Assembly: GCA_030141605.1 (NCBI GenBank)
Contig: JAQGDQ010000606.1
Span: 1-64,000 of the forward strand
Reading direction: 5' to 3'
Length of the DNA stretch: 64,000 bases
Source: Tubiluchus corallicola
Lineage: Eukaryota; Animalia; Priapulida
The first letter of the stretch is position 1. Each line of letters starts with the position of its first letter. The notes beneath the pieces are model-generated. The model saw nothing but the letters and a program-made list of their open reading frames with translations, was not told where the DNA came from and did no database searches. Shown piece after piece: positions 23,921 to 64,000 of the stretch. A program made the translations under genes and the position numbers.

Positions 23921-25509
23921 TTGGATGTTAAATGGGCCACTCAAACGAGTAAGTCCTTGAAAGCAGCACTAAAGTTGCCACTTATTTACTGTTTTAGGGT
24001 AGTATATACTGATAACAAGTGATTTTTATGAGGTCCTGTGCATCTATGCCTAGGAAACACGAAAGGCAGTTGTTTACTATTTTCTATTGTTTTATTATAG
24101 GCCTAGATAAATTTGGGCATGTTTGGCCCAGATGTGCGCAATCTTTATTTTATATGAGCAACAAATGGAGTCATTGCGTTCGTGTGTTTAAGAGCTATAG
24201 ATTATGATTTGAATAGTAAACTATAGTTGCTTAATAACTTTTTCCATGGCACAATATATCACAGTTTAGATGCTATTAACGATGAACATTCAAACGACAG
24301 TTTGTCTCGTGGATGCTCAAATATTGAATAAACTTAATGAGTCGACCAAGATCTGTCAGTAATCAGGTCAGTAAAAATTACTTAGTGCACAGAAATATCG
24401 ATAGCTGTGATGAGTGTAAACTGTAATAATCTACAAATCCAGACGACGTGTGCTTCTTAGAATCGTACTTTCTGCAGAATTTGCAATTACATTTGCATGA
24501 AAAGAGAGAAATATCGAAAAAACTAGAAGTTCAGAAAAAGACATAAAACATGTACTAGCGAAATTCAATCTTAGCAATAAACTCTAATTGATCTAATTGC
24601 AGAGCTGAGTAAAGGTTTTCTGATCACGTGACAGAAGTCACAGAAAGACGTTTTGCTAACACGTGTTAAAAATTAGAGCAGTATTTAGAATTTTTTTGAT
24701 AAATGACCGCTTTTCAGTTTTATGAGTGGACATAAGAGGTTAATGGATTTTAGCACCTGCTCATTACCACTGTAGAGAATATAAATGACAGCAACAACTT
24801 CATCATTATTGACGCCATCGCCGTCAACGACAAAACTTGGCAAATAGGTAATCGGCCTAAAACAAAGGCAATTGTAGCAACATCTTCAGGATAGAGGTAT
24901 AGATAGAAGCACACAGCCCCGAAACGATTTGCAAAGTTGGACTTCTCAAATGTCAGTTTTCACCTTTTGCATGTATTTCCATCAGCAATACAGTTGTTAC
25001 CTTCCGACAATATTTCAGTTATTTTTACATGCACATAGTAGTAATTAGTAATAGTATTAGTAATAGTAATAGTAGTTTATTATCACACCAAACATACACG
25101 ATGTTAAGTGATTTAAAGCTTTATGTAATGTTTAGCAAAATAATTTTTTATGTTGGACACTTCTTCCTCAGAATTTCTTAGAACTATACTAAAATAAGAC
25201 CCCAGATTTTTTAGATAAGAAACTATGCGATACTTGTCTGACAACTGATTGACTGAGTGACTAATCGATGACTTTGAAACGATTTGTTTCTCTAAATGCA
25301 TCATATTATAACAGCTATTTATAGTGATTCTTTTATACACACATGGTTGCAAGGACGCAACTTGAAAACAATTGTCCTGCAAAACAATGAACACGTATCT
25401 AGTCACTTTTTTATATGTGATCTTGCTTAACTATTGAAGAAAGTATTTTTGAGTGTCATAAAGAAATTAAACTGTGAAGTTTCTAAAACATTACTACATA
25501 ATTAGGACA

Positions 25510-25640
25510 GGAGAGGCATTAGAACCACCACAGAATTGAAGGTGTATAGAGCTGTCGTCATCACTGCTCTCCTCTATGCCAGTGAATCCTGGACATTATA
25601 TAGGAGACACGTAAAACAGCTTAACTACTTTCACATGGGC
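25510..25640 (+). mobile_element. RTE-clade LINE reverse-transcriptase fragment
   Basis: KVYRAVVITALLYASESWTLYRRHVKQLNYFH is typical of the RTE post-RT region. Confidence 0.8.
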
Positions 25641-26289
25641 TATTGCTTACGTCAGAAACTTACCACAGTTTGTGCAATGGCATGCGTCTTCCCTTGTGCA
25701 TCAAGCACATTTGCACAGGTGTTACAGTACTGTTTAAATGGATGATGTCACGAAAATGGGCTCTACATCATATGACGTCAGAAACTAACACAGCACTTCA
25801 TTATCATGATTATCACGGTACCGCCTTCTATTTGTCGGCCGCGTGCATGTGACAAAAAAGCGCTGATGCCAGTCTTAGTAGATTCACTGCGCTGCGCGTA
25901 GCTTTAAAAGTTTAACGAAATTTGAGTGTCCGATGTAATTATTATTTAATCTAAGCTTTGATTTAAAATAAGCTATTGTAGTTTGCAATATTTTGGAGCA
26001 TTCTTTATTCTGATTTAATGTTTAGACAATCGTTTGGTTTTCTTTTAAGTAAGACGTGTATTTTGACTTTATTATTCAGGATTTTTTTGCGGCAGTTCCG
26101 TTGTTTTGACCAAAGCCTCTAAAATAGATATGACGAAAGTTCGTTCTTACTGAGAGTTCTCATTACTGTGCATGTACCCTAAACCATGCTCGCTGTAATG
26201 CTGAAAATAAATAATTTTTATTTTAGTTTTTCGGTGAGTGGTGTCACTGGCGTAATCAGCAGTACTTGGCCAAGCATGGAAATGTACCA

Positions 26290-63318
<37,029 letters not shown>

Positions 63319-64000
63319 GTACCAAATCAAACATTTCATTACAGGAATCAGATATCAGTTTTAGCAGTTGAAGGAAAACCGGATGATTGTGTAAACAAGA
63401 GATCAGAATAAAGAATGCTTTAAAATATTGAAAACTACAAGAGCTTATTTTAAATCACAGCTTAGATTGAATAATAATTACCTCGGACACTCAAATTTTG
63501 TTAAACTTTCAAAACTACGCGCGACTCAGTGAATCTACTAAGATTGGCAGCGGCGCCTTTTTGTCACATTCGCCTGGCCAACAAATAGAAGGCGGTACCG
63601 TGATAAGCATGATCATGAACTGCAGTGTTAGTTTCTGACGTCATATGATGTAAAGCCCATTTTTGTGACATCATGCGTTTAAACTGTAACACTTACGCAA
63701 ATGTGCTGGACTTGCAAGGGAAGACGCCTGCCATTGCACAAACTGTGGTTAGTTTGTGACGTAAGCAATAGCTGTGTTCGGTTGCTGTTAATTAACTTTC
63801 TACGCTAATTATTCAAATATAAGGAATAATTGATAACTTTTATAGGCAAGAAAATGTATATTTTGGATAGTAAATTAAGGTAAGATTGAGTCTAAACAAT
63901 CATCCGGTTTTCCTTTAAATATGTATCCAAGAGTTCTTGTTTTGTTGTTCTCCATTAACAGCTAAAAAATCAAACTACATCGTTCTTGTTTAATTTTGTG

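Overview
Eukaryotic (metazoan, probably invertebrate) AT-rich genomic DNA with two intron-rich genes on the + strand, both reconstructed exon by exon with consistent splice phases. (1) DCP1, the mRNA-decapping activator: 9 coding exons at 778-15784. Its last exon was not found and may lie in the N-gap at 20904-21456. (2) The 5' part of a LRRK2 orthologue: 16 coding exons at 26290-63318, about 995 aa, covering ARM repeats, the ankyrin region and the pre-LRR segment; the gene continues past the window. The introns are packed with non-autonomous DNA transposons (hAT-, piggyBac-, Kolobok-, Tc1/mariner/pogo- and Harbinger-like MITEs, Helitrons, a Helentron/HINE-like element), LINE remnants, a probable solo LTR and many minisatellites. 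The most unusual signals concern splicing: a tandem array that multiplies the LRRK2 exon-5 acceptor about 11 times, a duplicated AG|GT acceptor in DCP1, a 27-bp array of CAG|GTGAG donor-like motifs, a GC-AG intron, and a large hydrophilic insert in the LRRK2 ARM region. No prokaryote-type system, CRISPR array or RNA gene was supported. Homologies are recognised from memory of the human proteins; no database search was run.
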